Part shown: positions 43,952-53,250 of the stretch, piece by piece | Layout: each line of letters begins with the position of its first letter | Position numbering within the stretch: position 1 is the stretch's first letter | DNA from: Thermoplasmatota archaeon | GTDB lineage: Archaea > Thermoplasmatota > E2 > JACPAO01 > JAHFTW01 | Length of the DNA: 64,000 bases | Direction of reading: 5' to 3' | NCBI GenBank assembly: GCA_049602735.1 | Contig: JBMYRW010000001.1 | Coordinates: 19,502-83,501, forward strand | The notes under the pieces: generated by a model | The model's input: only the letters and a program-made list of their open reading frames with translations | What the model was told of the DNA's origin: nothing | Database searches by the model: none | Program-made: the position numbers and the translations under genes

Positions 43952-45094
43952 GTGAACCTTCAAATCAACCAAGGAGTGAGAAGCACTGTGCAGGTCGTCG
44001 ACCCCGCCCTCGTCAACGAGGAACTGAACGCCGAGGCGCGCGCCATCCGCAAGGACATCCCCATGCGGGGCGACCCTGGTGACCTCACGGACTACATCCG
44101 CTGCTGGGCCGAGGACGACGTGCTGGGCGACCGGCCGTGCCGCGCCCTCGTGGTGATCCTCAAGACCCGCGGCTGCACCTGGGCGCTGGCCGGCGGTTGC
44201 ACCATGTGCGGTTACGCCAACGAGTCCGCCTGGCAGAAAGTCAGCGAGGACCAACTGGTGGCCCAGTTCGAGAAAGGCTGGGCCAAGTACGACGGCGAAG
44301 AACTGGTGAAGATCTACACCAGCGGCTCCTTCCTCGACCGCCACGAGGTGATGCCGGGCGCCCAGGAGCGCATCCTGAAGCGCATCGGCGAGGAGGCCCC
44401 GGACGTGGCCAAGGTCGCCTTCGAGAGCCTCCCGGACTTCATCCAGGAGGACACGTTCGCCCGCCTGGACGGTCTGGTGCCCAAGCTGGAGGTCGGCATC
44501 GGCGTGGAGAGCTGCAACGACCGCGTCCTGCGCGATTCGATCAACAAGGGCCACGGCTTCGCTACGTTCCCCCGCGCCGCCGCCATCTGCCGCGAGCACG
44601 GCGTCTCCGTCAAGAGCTACCTCATGTGCAAGCCGCCGTTCCTCAAGGAGAGCGACGCCTTGGCGGACGCCGCGGCCACCGTGGCCGCTGCGGGGCCCCA
44701 CGCGGACGTGGTGAGCCTCAACCCGACCAACGTCCAGGGGCGCACCGTCGTGGACGCCCTGTTCCGCCGCGGCAGCTACCGGCCGCCGTGGCTCTGGACC
44801 ATCGTGCACGCGCTGCTCAAGGGGTACGAGGATGGTGCCGCCGCTGCGGGCCGCGACGACGGCAAGTACCCCGCCACCGTCAAGTCAGACGTCATCGCCG
44901 CTGGCCAGGCCCGGGGCGCCCACAACTGCGGCACCTGCGACGAGCGCGTCGGCAAGTACCTGAAACAGTTCAAGGCGACCCAGGACCCCAAGTGGCTCCG
45001 CACCTGCCTCGAGAAGGTCCAGTGCCCCTGCCGCCGCGAATGGGAGCTCACCGTCGAACTCGGGCCGCTCGTGCCGGGGTATGGACAGCTCTGA
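43952..45094 (+). CDS. archaeosine-biosynthesis radical SAM protein (RaSEA / TIGR01210-like)
   Basis: ILKTRGCTWALAGGCTMCGY cluster motif, with GVESCNDRVLRDSINKGH. It lies immediately downstream of arcS. Confidence 0.8.
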   Translation: MNLQINQGVRSTVQVVDPALVNEELNAEARAIRKDIPMRGDPGDLTDYIRCWAEDDVLGDRPCRALVVILKTRGCTWALAGGCTMCGYANESAWQKVSEDQLVAQFEKGWAKYDGEELVKIYTSGSFLDRHEVMPGAQERILKRIGEEAPDVAKVAFESLPDFIQEDTFARLDGLVPKLEVGIGVESCNDRVLRDSINKGHGFATFPRAAAICREHGVSVKSYLMCKPPFLKESDALADAAATVAAAGPHADVVSLNPTNVQGRTVVDALFRRGSYRPPWLWTIVHALLKGYEDGAAAAGRDDGKYPATVKSDVIAAGQARGAHNCGTCDERVGKYLKQFKATQDPKWLRTCLEKVQCPCRREWELTVELGPLVPGYGQL

Positions 45095-45104
45095 TCGGAT
45101 CGGA

Positions 45105-45860
45105 TCAAGCCATCTCGTCGGCCACGAACTGAAGAACGTCGAACAAGGCGGCGTACCAGTAAAGGACCTCTTCCACCGTGTCGTCGCCGATGACGCCAGC
45201 CAGTTCCCAAGCCAACTGGACGTGTTCTTCGCCGAAGGCCTGGGTGCCTGGAAGGACCGATTGGACCTGGGCTGCCAGGATGCTGCGGATGACGTAGAGA
45301 TTGGCGATGGCGACCGAATAGGCACCGTCGGAGGGGCCCATGGGGAATGTCGCCGCATCCTGGTTGATCTCGAAGAGGAAGCGGTAGTCGCCTATGGCGG
45401 CGAGCCCCCAGAAGCCGATGAAGTAGGTGCCATCCTCGGGGATCGTGGCCCGGATGCCCGTGGGGTCGAGCATGTCGAAGGGGCAGGCGCCTGCCAGTTC
45501 TTCTCCAGGCGCCGCGTAGATATGGGCGCAGGAAGAGCCGCTCCACCGGAGGTGGACGACGTCACCGGCTGCCGCCTCGAACATGTACCAATCCAGGTCA
45601 TCGTAGAGCAGGCTCTCGTCGCCGTCGGGGAACAGTTGGGCGTGGTAGACGATGGACGGTTCGACCAGGATGTCGTCGCCCGTCCAGGGGCCGGGGGCGT
45701 CGCGCCCGCTACCGGCATCGTTCTGGGGAATGATCTCGGCGGCCGCTGGACCGATCGGGACCAAAGCGGCGATCAGCAACAGGCTTGCGGCAAGGACAAC
45801 ACCACGCATCATCGTGTAACACGATGTTGGGGCTCTTGAGGCTTGCGCCGCCGACGCCAC
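45105..45860 (-). CDS. secreted protein with DAGSGRDAP / PPC-like domain (paralogue A)
   Basis: Signal peptide MMRGVVLAASLLLIAALVPIGPAAA. Motifs NDAGSGRDAP, DDLDWYMFEAAAGDVV, GEELAGACP and GDYRF. Confidence 0.6.
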   Translation of the reverse strand: MASAAQASRAPTSCYTMMRGVVLAASLLLIAALVPIGPAAAEIIPQNDAGSGRDAPGPWTGDDILVEPSIVYHAQLFPDGDESLLYDDLDWYMFEAAAGDVVHLRWSGSSCAHIYAAPGEELAGACPFDMLDPTGIRATIPEDGTYFIGFWGLAAIGDYRFLFEINQDAATFPMGPSDGAYSVAIANLYVIRSILAAQVQSVLPGTQAFGEEHVQLAWELAGVIGDDTVEEVLYWYAALFDVLQFVADEMA

Positions 45861-45883
45861 GTGACGCTTGGAAGCCGGGCCGG

Positions 45884-46522
45884 TCAGCCCGCAAGGAGGC
45901 CGAACGCTTCAGCGATGATGGCCGAGGCGAGCTCCAGCCCCTCGACGATGACCCCGGAGGCGGTCTCGATGGCTTCCAGGCCGGCGTCGAAGCCATCCCA
46001 CACGCCGTCGCGGGCGGCGCCATGGGCTCCATCCGTGAGGCCCGGCGTCAGGACGGGCGAGGGCCCACCCACGCCGATGCCGAAGTGGTAGTCACCGTAG
46101 GCGCCCAGGCCGGCCACGAGGACCACGTAGCTGCCGGTCGCGGGGGCGACGGTCGTCACCGGGTCGCCGGTGATGCCTTCGTTGGGGCAGGCTCCCGCCA
46201 ACTGTTCGCCTCCCGCGTCGTAGATCCACACACAGGCACCGCTGGTGAAGGCGACCTCGATGGACTCCCCGGCCTCGGCGTGGAACCGGTAGGCATCCAG
46301 GTCGTCGACGAGGACCGCGCCCCAGTCGTCCGCCTGAGGGACCAAGGTGGCGCCGTACGCGACGCCGGTCTCGACCGGCAGGGCAAGTTCGAGTGCCGCT
46401 GGGGCATCGCGGCCGCTGCCTGCATCGTCGTCCAGTCCGCCCGCCAAGGCGCCCTCGCTGTGGTGCCCGACGGCGCCCGGTACCAGGAGCAGCGCTGCGG
46501 CTACCACCATCCACCCTCGCAT
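45884..46522 (-). CDS. secreted protein with DAGSGRDAP / PPC-like domain (paralogue B)
   Basis: ATG at 46522 (MRGWMVVAAALLLVPGAVG). Motifs DDAGSGRDAP, DDLDAYRFHAEAGESI, GEQLAGACP and GDYHF are colinear with the neighbouring gene. The remainder of the listed 629-aa ORF is antisense to pus10. Confidence 0.6.
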   Translation of the reverse strand: MRGWMVVAAALLLVPGAVGHHSEGALAGGLDDDAGSGRDAPAALELALPVETGVAYGATLVPQADDWGAVLVDDLDAYRFHAEAGESIEVAFTSGACVWIYDAGGEQLAGACPNEGITGDPVTTVAPATGSYVVLVAGLGAYGDYHFGIGVGGPSPVLTPGLTDGAHGAARDGVWDGFDAGLEAIETASGVIVEGLELASAIIAEAFGLLAG

Positions 46523-46624
46523 GCCGACGCGAGCCGCCGGGGCCGATAAGACGGTTGCGCGGAGCCCTGCGGGCCGGGAGGGGAGTGGCGCGTCAGCTTC
46601 AAGGAGGGGCACCGGTCGCCGCGT

Positions 46625-47863
46625 GTGGCCCAAGCCGCCGTGACCCTCCCTCCCGAAGCCGCCGACCTGTGCGACCGTTGCCTCGGCCGCCTCCACATCG
46701 GTGCCGCTGGCGCCGAGCCGCAGGCCACGGCGGGCGCGGAGGCACGCGCTGCGGCCGGCTGGGCCGATATAGCCCCCTCCGATTGCGCCGTGTGTGAAGG
46801 GGCCTTCGAGGACCTGGACGCCTGGCTGGCGGCCATCGACGCTGCCCTGGACGGCATCCAGTTCACCACGTTCCAGATCGGGACGGTCTTCCCAACGCCC
46901 TGCGAGCAGTTGGAGAAGCGACTCCTGGCAGCCGTCCGTCCCGAAGGCGAAGGCGCGGAGACGATCCGCACGGAGGCCAACCGGCTGCTGGCCGGCCTCG
47001 TCGCCCAGCGGACAGGGGCCACCGTCGACCAGGGGCGCCCCGACGTGGCCCTCCTGTTGGACACCCGGTTCTGGACGTGCACGGTGCGCCCGAACAGCCT
47101 GTTCATCGCCGGCCGCTACACCAAGCATCGCCGCGACGTGCCCCAGACCCATTGGCCGTGCAAGCGCTGCCAGGGCACCGGGTGCTGGGAGTGCGACGAC
47201 GTGGGCGTCCGCTACGCCGAGAGTGTCGAGAGCGCCATCGCCGACGTGCTCGTGCCGGCCTTCGAGGCGACCGGTGCCAGTTTCCACGGCGCCGGCCGAG
47301 AGGACATCGACGCCCTCATGCTCGGCACGGGCCGCCCGTTCGTCCTGGAGCTGCACGAACCCCGCCTCCGCGCGGCCGACCTGGCCGCCGCCGAGGCCGC
47401 CGTCAACGCTTCCACCTCCGAGAGCGGCGTCGGCGTCACCCGCCTTCGCCCCTCCGAGAAGGCCGAAGTGGTCGCCATCAAGGCCGCCGACTACCAGAAG
47501 GAATACCTGGCCCATTGCCTCGCCGACGAGCCGGTGACCCCTGAAGCGGTCCAGGCCGCTGCCGACGCCCTGTGCGGCGTCACCCTCGACCAACGCACCC
47601 CTGAACGCGTCAGCCACCGCCGCGCCGACCTGGTGCGCAACCGCACCGTGGAGACCGTCATTGTCGAGACCCCCCCGAGCGCCGACGAACCCCGCCGCTT
47701 CAGCCTCCGCGTGCTCGCCGAGAGCGGGACGTACATCAAGGAGACCGTCAACGGCGATGACGGCCGCACGCAACCCAACTTCGCCGGCCTCATCGGGATC
47801 CCCACGGTCGTGGAATACCTGGACGTGGTCGCCATCCTCGACGAAGCGCCCGAGGACGCTTGA
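46625..47863 (+). CDS. pus10: tRNA pseudouridine(54/55) synthase Pus10
   Basis: N-terminal zinc motifs CDRCLGR...CAVC and CKRCQGTGCWEC. Catalytic region GREDIDALMLGTGRPFVLEL. C-terminal YIKETVNGDDGRTQPN. GTG start. Confidence 0.85.
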   Translation: MAQAAVTLPPEAADLCDRCLGRLHIGAAGAEPQATAGAEARAAAGWADIAPSDCAVCEGAFEDLDAWLAAIDAALDGIQFTTFQIGTVFPTPCEQLEKRLLAAVRPEGEGAETIRTEANRLLAGLVAQRTGATVDQGRPDVALLLDTRFWTCTVRPNSLFIAGRYTKHRRDVPQTHWPCKRCQGTGCWECDDVGVRYAESVESAIADVLVPAFEATGASFHGAGREDIDALMLGTGRPFVLELHEPRLRAADLAAAEAAVNASTSESGVGVTRLRPSEKAEVVAIKAADYQKEYLAHCLADEPVTPEAVQAAADALCGVTLDQRTPERVSHRRADLVRNRTVETVIVETPPSADEPRRFSLRVLAESGTYIKETVNGDDGRTQPNFAGLIGIPTVVEYLDVVAILDEAPEDA

Positions 47864-47916
47864 AGTTCGACGACGTCGCGAGGGGCCTTAAATCCCGGAA
47901 GGGGCATCGAACGCCG

Positions 47917-48384
47917 ATGAGGTCGCTCGCGCTGGCCACGATGCTCTCCTTGATCGCCTCCGGGGCCGCCCTGCACGCCGGTGCTGGCCCCGACGCCGCC
48001 GTCGCCCCTGGCCCGACAGCGATGGAGGCCTCTTGGGCCGCCAGCGAGGCCCAGGAACCGGACGAGAACCTCATCCTGGCCAAGGAGACGTTCCAGATCA
48101 CCTCGCTCGCCGGCCAGCTCGTCACGTTCGACGTGCCCGCCGACGTGGGCCAGGTGTACGCCCAGTTCCGCTTCCAGCAGGCCGCCGTCCGCGACTTCCG
48201 CGTCGGAGGCCCCGGTGCCTGCGCCGACGACCACCTGCCGGGCGCCGTCTTCCTGGGCAGCGCCCAGCAGACCTACGCCTGCGGCCTCCTGAAGGAAGGG
48301 GCCTCCCAACTGGACCTGAGCGTCGATCTGGGCCACGCCGTCGGCACCGTGACCGTGTTCGCCCGCCCCTTGGCGTCGGAGTAA
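47917..48384 (+). CDS. hypothetical secreted protein
   Basis: ATG at 47917 gives the signal peptide MRSLALATMLSLIASGAALHA. No family recognised. Confidence 0.45.
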   Translation: MRSLALATMLSLIASGAALHAGAGPDAAVAPGPTAMEASWAASEAQEPDENLILAKETFQITSLAGQLVTFDVPADVGQVYAQFRFQQAAVRDFRVGGPGACADDHLPGAVFLGSAQQTYACGLLKEGASQLDLSVDLGHAVGTVTVFARPLASE

Positions 48385-48476
48385 CCTCTAAGAACACCGA
48401 CCGGTCCTCGCGGCCTAACGTCCGCGTCCCGGACCCCCTAGCGAGGGTCAGCACGGGTCGCGGAACCAGGTGTATC

Positions 48477-48770
48477 ATGCCCGTCCGTTCCAAAGGCCTG
48501 CGCAGCAAGACGCGCGGTATCCTGACCAAGCGCCCCCGCGACCGCGGTGAGGCCACGCCCAACAAGGTGCTCCGCCAGTTCCCCGAGGGCTCCAACGTCG
48601 CCATCGTGATCGACCCGGCGCAGCACGGCGGCATGCCGCACAAGCGCTTCCAGGGCCAGACCGGCACCATCGCCGGCAAGCAGGGCGACTCCTTCGTGGT
48701 CGCGCTGACCCACGGCGGCAAGGACAAGACCCTCGTCGTGCGCCCCGAGCACCTGAAGCAGGTCTTCTGA
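48477..48770 (+). CDS. rpl21e: 50S ribosomal protein L21e
   Basis: MPVRSKGLRSKTRGILTKRPRDRG...PHKRFQGQTGTI... Confidence 0.9.
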   Translation: MPVRSKGLRSKTRGILTKRPRDRGEATPNKVLRQFPEGSNVAIVIDPAQHGGMPHKRFQGQTGTIAGKQGDSFVVALTHGGKDKTLVVRPEHLKQVF

Positions 48771-48777
48771 GGTCACC

Positions 48778-49146
48778 ATGACCGCCGAACCGGACGTCAT
48801 CCTCGACGACCTGGAAGAAGAGGGCCGCCTGGTCAGCCTGGCCGAAGTGCTCGTGATGCTGCAAGAAGCGCAGGAGACCCGCGAGGACATGGCCTACGAG
48901 CAGAAGATCGCCCTCGAGCACTCGCGTCGCTTCGCCCGCACGGACGTGGAGAACGCCCGCGCCATCATCGAGAAGGTGAAGGCCCTCGTGCCTGAAGCCG
49001 AGGAGAAGTACGCCGTGCGCGTCGCCGACCTGCTGCCCCAGCACCCGGACGACATCCGCTCCATCTTCCAGAAGAGCCGCCACGAACTCGACGAGGCCAC
49101 CATCGATGGCATCCTCGACATCGTCGACGAGCACTACGTCGCCTGA
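48778..49146 (+). CDS. rpo4: DNA-directed RNA polymerase subunit Rpo4 (F)
   Basis: Size, helical pattern and conserved position between L21e and DUF655; the sequence includes LAEVLVMLQEAQETREDMAYEQKIALEH. Confidence 0.75.
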   Translation: MTAEPDVILDDLEEEGRLVSLAEVLVMLQEAQETREDMAYEQKIALEHSRRFARTDVENARAIIEKVKALVPEAEEKYAVRVADLLPQHPDDIRSIFQKSRHELDEATIDGILDIVDEHYVA

Positions 49147-49160
49147 GCCCTGGAGCATCC

Positions 49161-49760
49161 ATGGAAGACTACGTCCACATCCTTGACTTCCTGCCCAACG
49201 GGCGCCCCGACGCGCCCCCCAACCGCAGGGAGCCCACCATCTTCGCCGTCGGCGAGGACAAGTTCACCCTGTTCGAGCTCGTGCCCAAGGCTGGCGCCAG
49301 CTTCGCCCTGGGCGACCGTGCCTACGTGGGCAAGGACGTGGCGGAACGCGACCTGGTGCAGAAGATCCGTGGCCGCGTGACCTACGAGGACCTGACCCCG
49401 GCCGCCCACGGCGAGCTGGAGTACGTCATCGAGGACATCGTCAAGGCGGACGAGTCGCGCTTCGTGCGCTACTTCAACGACCTGGGCGCCATCAGCATCC
49501 GGCTGCACGCCCTGGAGCTGCTGCCCGGCGTCGGCAAGAAGTCGGTGGAGCACATCGTGGAGGAGCGCCGCAAGAAGCCCTTCGAATCCCTGGCGGACAT
49601 CGAGGAGCGCGCCCATGTGCCCCATCCGGAGAAGATCATCGTCAAGCGCGTGATCGAGGAGCTCAGCGACCTGTCGCAGAAGTACCATCTCTTCACCCGT
49701 CCGCCCGCCAAGGAGAACGACTTCCACGGTGGTCGCGGCGGCGGTCGCGGCCGCTGGTAA
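49161..49760 (+). CDS. DUF655 (HhH-containing, putative nucleic-acid-binding) protein
   Basis: MEDYVHILDFLPNGRP... with a C-terminal HhH (LELLPGVGKKSVEHIVEERR), in the canonical archaeal L21e-RpoF-DUF655-KsgA cluster. Confidence 0.8.
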   Translation: MEDYVHILDFLPNGRPDAPPNRREPTIFAVGEDKFTLFELVPKAGASFALGDRAYVGKDVAERDLVQKIRGRVTYEDLTPAAHGELEYVIEDIVKADESRFVRYFNDLGAISIRLHALELLPGVGKKSVEHIVEERRKKPFESLADIEERAHVPHPEKIIVKRVIEELSDLSQKYHLFTRPPAKENDFHGGRGGGRGRW

Positions 49761-49777
49761 GCGAGGCGGAGCACGCC

Positions 49778-50590
49778 ATGGCCCGCGGTGCCAAGCTGGG
49801 CCAACATTTCCTGCGTGAACCACGCATCGCGCGTCGGATCCTTGAAGCGGCGGAGGTCCAGCCTGGGCACCGTGTACTCGAAGTGGGCCCCGGCCCGGGC
49901 GTGCTGACGGAGCCCCTTGCCAAGGCGGTGGGGCCGGACGGCGAGCTCGTGGCCCTTGAGCTGGACACGGAGCTGGCGGACGCCCTCGAAGGCCGCTGGG
50001 ACAACGTCACCTTGGTGCGCGCCGACGCGGTGCAGACCGACCTGGCCGCCATGGGCCGCTTCGATCGTCTGGTGAGCAACCTGCCCTACCAGATCAGCGG
50101 CCCCATCACGGCTGCGTTCCTCGACCTGCTCGCCGACCCGGCCACCCGCTGGGACCGCGCGGTCCTGATGTACCAACGGGAGTTCGCGGACCGCCTGCGT
50201 GCGGGCCCCGGCAGCAAGGCGTACGGTCGCCTGTCCGTCCACGCGGCCCGCTGGTGCCGTGTGTCCCTGTTGCGGGACGTGCCGCCGGGCTGCTTCGACC
50301 CGCCGCCGAAGGTCCATTCCAGCGTCCTGGTGCTCGACCCGCACCCGGAGGCGCCGTTCGAGGTGGCCGACGAGGCGGTGTGGCGCGCCGTGGTGGACGG
50401 ACCGTTCCAGCAACGCCGCAAGCAACTACGCAACACCGTCCCGCCCGCCGTGGCAGGGCTCGGCGTGGCCAAGGAGGACGCCCTTGCGGCGCTGGAAGAG
50501 GAGGGGCTGTCGTCGGCTCGGCCGGAAGCGGTTCCGCCCGCCCGCTTCGCTGCCCTCGCCAACGTCTTGGCCGCCTCACGGGGCGCCTGA
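49778..50590 (+). CDS. rsmA: 16S rRNA (adenine-N6,N6)-dimethyltransferase RsmA/KsgA/Dim1
   Basis: LGQHFL, VLEVGPGPGVLT, SNLPYQISGPI. Confidence 0.9.
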   Translation: MARGAKLGQHFLREPRIARRILEAAEVQPGHRVLEVGPGPGVLTEPLAKAVGPDGELVALELDTELADALEGRWDNVTLVRADAVQTDLAAMGRFDRLVSNLPYQISGPITAAFLDLLADPATRWDRAVLMYQREFADRLRAGPGSKAYGRLSVHAARWCRVSLLRDVPPGCFDPPPKVHSSVLVLDPHPEAPFEVADEAVWRAVVDGPFQQRRKQLRNTVPPAVAGLGVAKEDALAALEEEGLSSARPEAVPPARFAALANVLAASRGA

Positions 50591-51222
50591 TGGAGTGGCG
50601 TGGCCTCTTCGTGGCCAAGCACCCGGACGTTTACGAGCCCAGTGACGACACGTTCCTGCTCGCCGAAGCGGTCGCCGACGCCGTGGCGGCTTGGCCAACG
50701 CCTCGCCCACGTTTCCTGGAGGTGGGCTGCGGCGCTGGACTCGTCAGTCTGGCAGCAGCGAAGGAGGGGGCGCGGGTGACGGCGACCGACCTGAACCCGC
50801 ACGCCGTGGAACTGGCGACCCACAACGGCAAGCAGAACGGCCACCCGCTCGACGTTCGCCACGGCGACCTCTTGGAGCCTGCCGCCGACGCCGGACCGTT
50901 CGACCTCGTGGCGTTCAACCCGCCCTACCTGCCCACGGCGGAGGACGAGAAGGTGACCGGGCCACTCAACCTGGCCTTCGACGGGGGCCCCGACGGCAAC
51001 GAGACGGTGCTGCGCTTCGCCGCCCAGCTCGCGCGGCTGCCCGCTCCGCTGCCGACGCAGGTGCTGGTCATCCACAGCAGCCTCAGCGACCCGGCGCCCC
51101 TAGAGGCTGCGCTGGCCAAGTTGGGTTACCAAAGTGAGGTGGAAAGGGAGAAGGCGTTCTTCTACGAACGGTTGCGGGTGCTCAGGTTCACCCGCTCAGC
51201 GCGCGTTGGCCTGGACGCTTAA
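50590..51222 (+). CDS. HemK/Mtq2-like N5-glutamine methyltransferase
   Basis: ATG at 50590 overlaps the rsmA stop. Motifs VYEPSDDTFLL, LEVGCGAGLVS and FNPPYLP (NPPY). Confidence 0.8.
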   Translation: MEWRGLFVAKHPDVYEPSDDTFLLAEAVADAVAAWPTPRPRFLEVGCGAGLVSLAAAKEGARVTATDLNPHAVELATHNGKQNGHPLDVRHGDLLEPAADAGPFDLVAFNPPYLPTAEDEKVTGPLNLAFDGGPDGNETVLRFAAQLARLPAPLPTQVLVIHSSLSDPAPLEAALAKLGYQSEVEREKAFFYERLRVLRFTRSARVGLDA

Positions 51223-52400
51223 CGGCGGCGGGCCACGAACGCGGCGCCCAGGAGGGCGAGCAGACCGAGGATGCCGAAGCCGGGGGCGTCGGAGCCTTCG
51301 CCGTCCGCGCTGTCGGTGCCGGCGTCTTCGCCGCCGTCGCCGTGATCATGGTCCGAGTGGTCCTCGCCGTCGCCATGCCCTTCGCCGTCGCCGGTCTCAT
51401 CGCCGTCGCCTGATCCGTCGTCCTCGTCGGTGGTGTCGTCCGCCGGCGGCGGGGCGTTCGGGGCGACCGTGAGGGCGAAGTTGCCGACGAAGTCGTCGTA
51501 CTCCACCAGGATCGTCCAGTTGCCGGGCGTGACGCCCTCGAAGCTCTCGGTGCTGTTGAAGTCGGCCGTGTAGAGGGCCTCCAGGAGCGTGGTGCCGGCG
51601 CCGTCGATGATCGACAACTGGGCGCTACCGTTGACGACCTGGGTGATCGTCGTGGCATTGAAGCTGTCATGGGCGGTGGTCCAGTTGTAGACGTAGGTGT
51701 CGCTGGACGCTTCACCAAACGATTCGGCGACCGCGATGACCGACTCCTCTTCCTGGTTGTAGAAGACCGAGGCCCCTGTGTCGGCGGGAAGATCCAGTTC
51801 TACGGCACCGGGCAGGCCCGGAGCTTCAATGCGGCTGGCAAAATCTCCGCCGACGAGCATCAAGGCGTTACCCAGACCGTCGATCTGCGTATGCCAAAGG
51901 ATGATGTCGACCCGGAGCTCATCGGAGGGGGAGAGGGTCTTGCCACCGATGCCGACCGTGCCGGAGACCTCCGAAACATCATCAGACCCCGAGCAGGTCG
52001 GGTTCACAGGCCCGGTTTCGACACGGTTGAGCTCCTCGCCATTGAGCAGGAAGATGACCCGGAACGCCAACGTCGCGGGCGTCGACCAGATCATCGGGAG
52101 ATCACACGCAAAATAGCCGAAGAACGTGCCGTCCCCGGTCAACGTCACTTCCGAGGAGGGTGAATAGGTCCATGAGGTCGTGCATCCGAGCGCGGCAGTG
52201 GATCCTCCGAGGTCGACGGCCCCGGCATCAGGGGCAGCCACTTCGCGCATGGAATACACATCGTCAGTCCCGCAGAACGGGAAGAGTGCCGCTGGCGAAT
52301 CCACGATGTCGGGGGCGAAGTAGATGGCCGATTGGGCCGCGGACAGCGGTGTCAGGGCCAACAACATCAACAACGCCGACGGGACAAGGATTCCCTTCAT
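51219..52400 (-). CDS. secreted surface protein with acidic linker and PGF-CTERM sorting signal
   Basis: Signal peptide MKGILVPSALLMLLALTPLSAAQS. Asp/Gly/Glu/His-rich linker. C-terminal APGFGILGLLALLGAAFVARRR. Confidence 0.7.
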   Translation of the reverse strand: MKGILVPSALLMLLALTPLSAAQSAIYFAPDIVDSPAALFPFCGTDDVYSMREVAAPDAGAVDLGGSTAALGCTTSWTYSPSSEVTLTGDGTFFGYFACDLPMIWSTPATLAFRVIFLLNGEELNRVETGPVNPTCSGSDDVSEVSGTVGIGGKTLSPSDELRVDIILWHTQIDGLGNALMLVGGDFASRIEAPGLPGAVELDLPADTGASVFYNQEEESVIAVAESFGEASSDTYVYNWTTAHDSFNATTITQVVNGSAQLSIIDGAGTTLLEALYTADFNSTESFEGVTPGNWTILVEYDDFVGNFALTVAPNAPPPADDTTDEDDGSGDGDETGDGEGHGDGEDHSDHDHGDGGEDAGTDSADGEGSDAPGFGILGLLALLGAAFVARRR

Positions 52401-52461
52401 ACGGCCGCGATTGGCGTTTCTGTTTTAGCTATTCCCGGTGAGCCATTGCCCGGGCCCGGCC

Positions 52462-53217
52462 CTAAAGCCCCTGAAGGACCCGCCACTGCTTGACGGCGCT
52501 CTCCAGGGCGTTCTTGCCCACACCGATGCGGGCCTCCGCTTGCAGGCGGGTCATGCCGGGGCCGGTGACGCCGAAGCCGACGGGCTTCTCGAACTCGTAG
52601 GCGATGTCGGCGAGCTTGCGGGCGGCGTGGCCGGCGACGATGTCGTCGTGGCCCGTGTCGCCCTGGATGACGCAGCCGATGGCGACGATGCAGTCCACGT
52701 CGCTGCGCGCGGCGAGCTTCTTGGCCACGAGGGCCATGTCGTAGACGCCGGGGACGGTGACGTGGTGGCTGATGGTGGCACCCAGCAGCTCGGCATGGGA
52801 GGTGGCCAGCTCCGTCATCATGCGGGTGATGTCGTAGTTGAACTCGGCTTGCAAGAGGGCGATGCGGGGGGACATGGTATCGAGGGCGTGGGTGGGATCG
52901 GGATGGTCTGGCACAGGGGACGGAGCGGGCGTCGGTGTGAGGGGCACAGGCGGCGCCGGTTCAGGATCGGGGATGGCCGCGGGCGGTGCTTCGAAGACGG
53001 GGGGCGACGGTTGTGGCGGCCCTGGTTCTGGAGGGGCGGGGGTAGGCGGTGCGGCTGGGGCTTCCGGCTGGGCATCGGCGCTACTGGTACGTTCGTAGAC
53101 CTCGTATTCGTCGGTCTCGCTTGTCAGCTTGGTCGCCTTCTCCTCCGGGCGACCCGCGGCGGCGCGTTCCTGTTCGCGCTGACGCCGCAGCATCTCCTCC
53201 AGCGTGTCCTCGTTCAT
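52462..53217 (-). CDS. ribH: 6,7-dimethyl-8-ribityllumazine synthase, possibly with 114-aa Pro-rich N-terminal extension (alternative start 52875)
   Basis: The C-terminal 137 aa (MSPRIALLQAEFNYDIT...VPGVYDMALVAKKL...GCVIQGDTGHDDIV...) are RibH-like. The upstream in-frame part is acidic and then Pro/Ala-rich. Confidence 0.75.
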   Translation of the reverse strand: MNEDTLEEMLRRQREQERAAAGRPEEKATKLTSETDEYEVYERTSSADAQPEAPAAPPTPAPPEPGPPQPSPPVFEAPPAAIPDPEPAPPVPLTPTPAPSPVPDHPDPTHALDTMSPRIALLQAEFNYDITRMMTELATSHAELLGATISHHVTVPGVYDMALVAKKLAARSDVDCIVAIGCVIQGDTGHDDIVAGHAARKLADIAYEFEKPVGFGVTGPGMTRLQAEARIGVGKNALESAVKQWRVLQGL

Positions 53218-53250
53218 GGCATCCCCTTGTTTCCGATGGAAAATCCTGTT

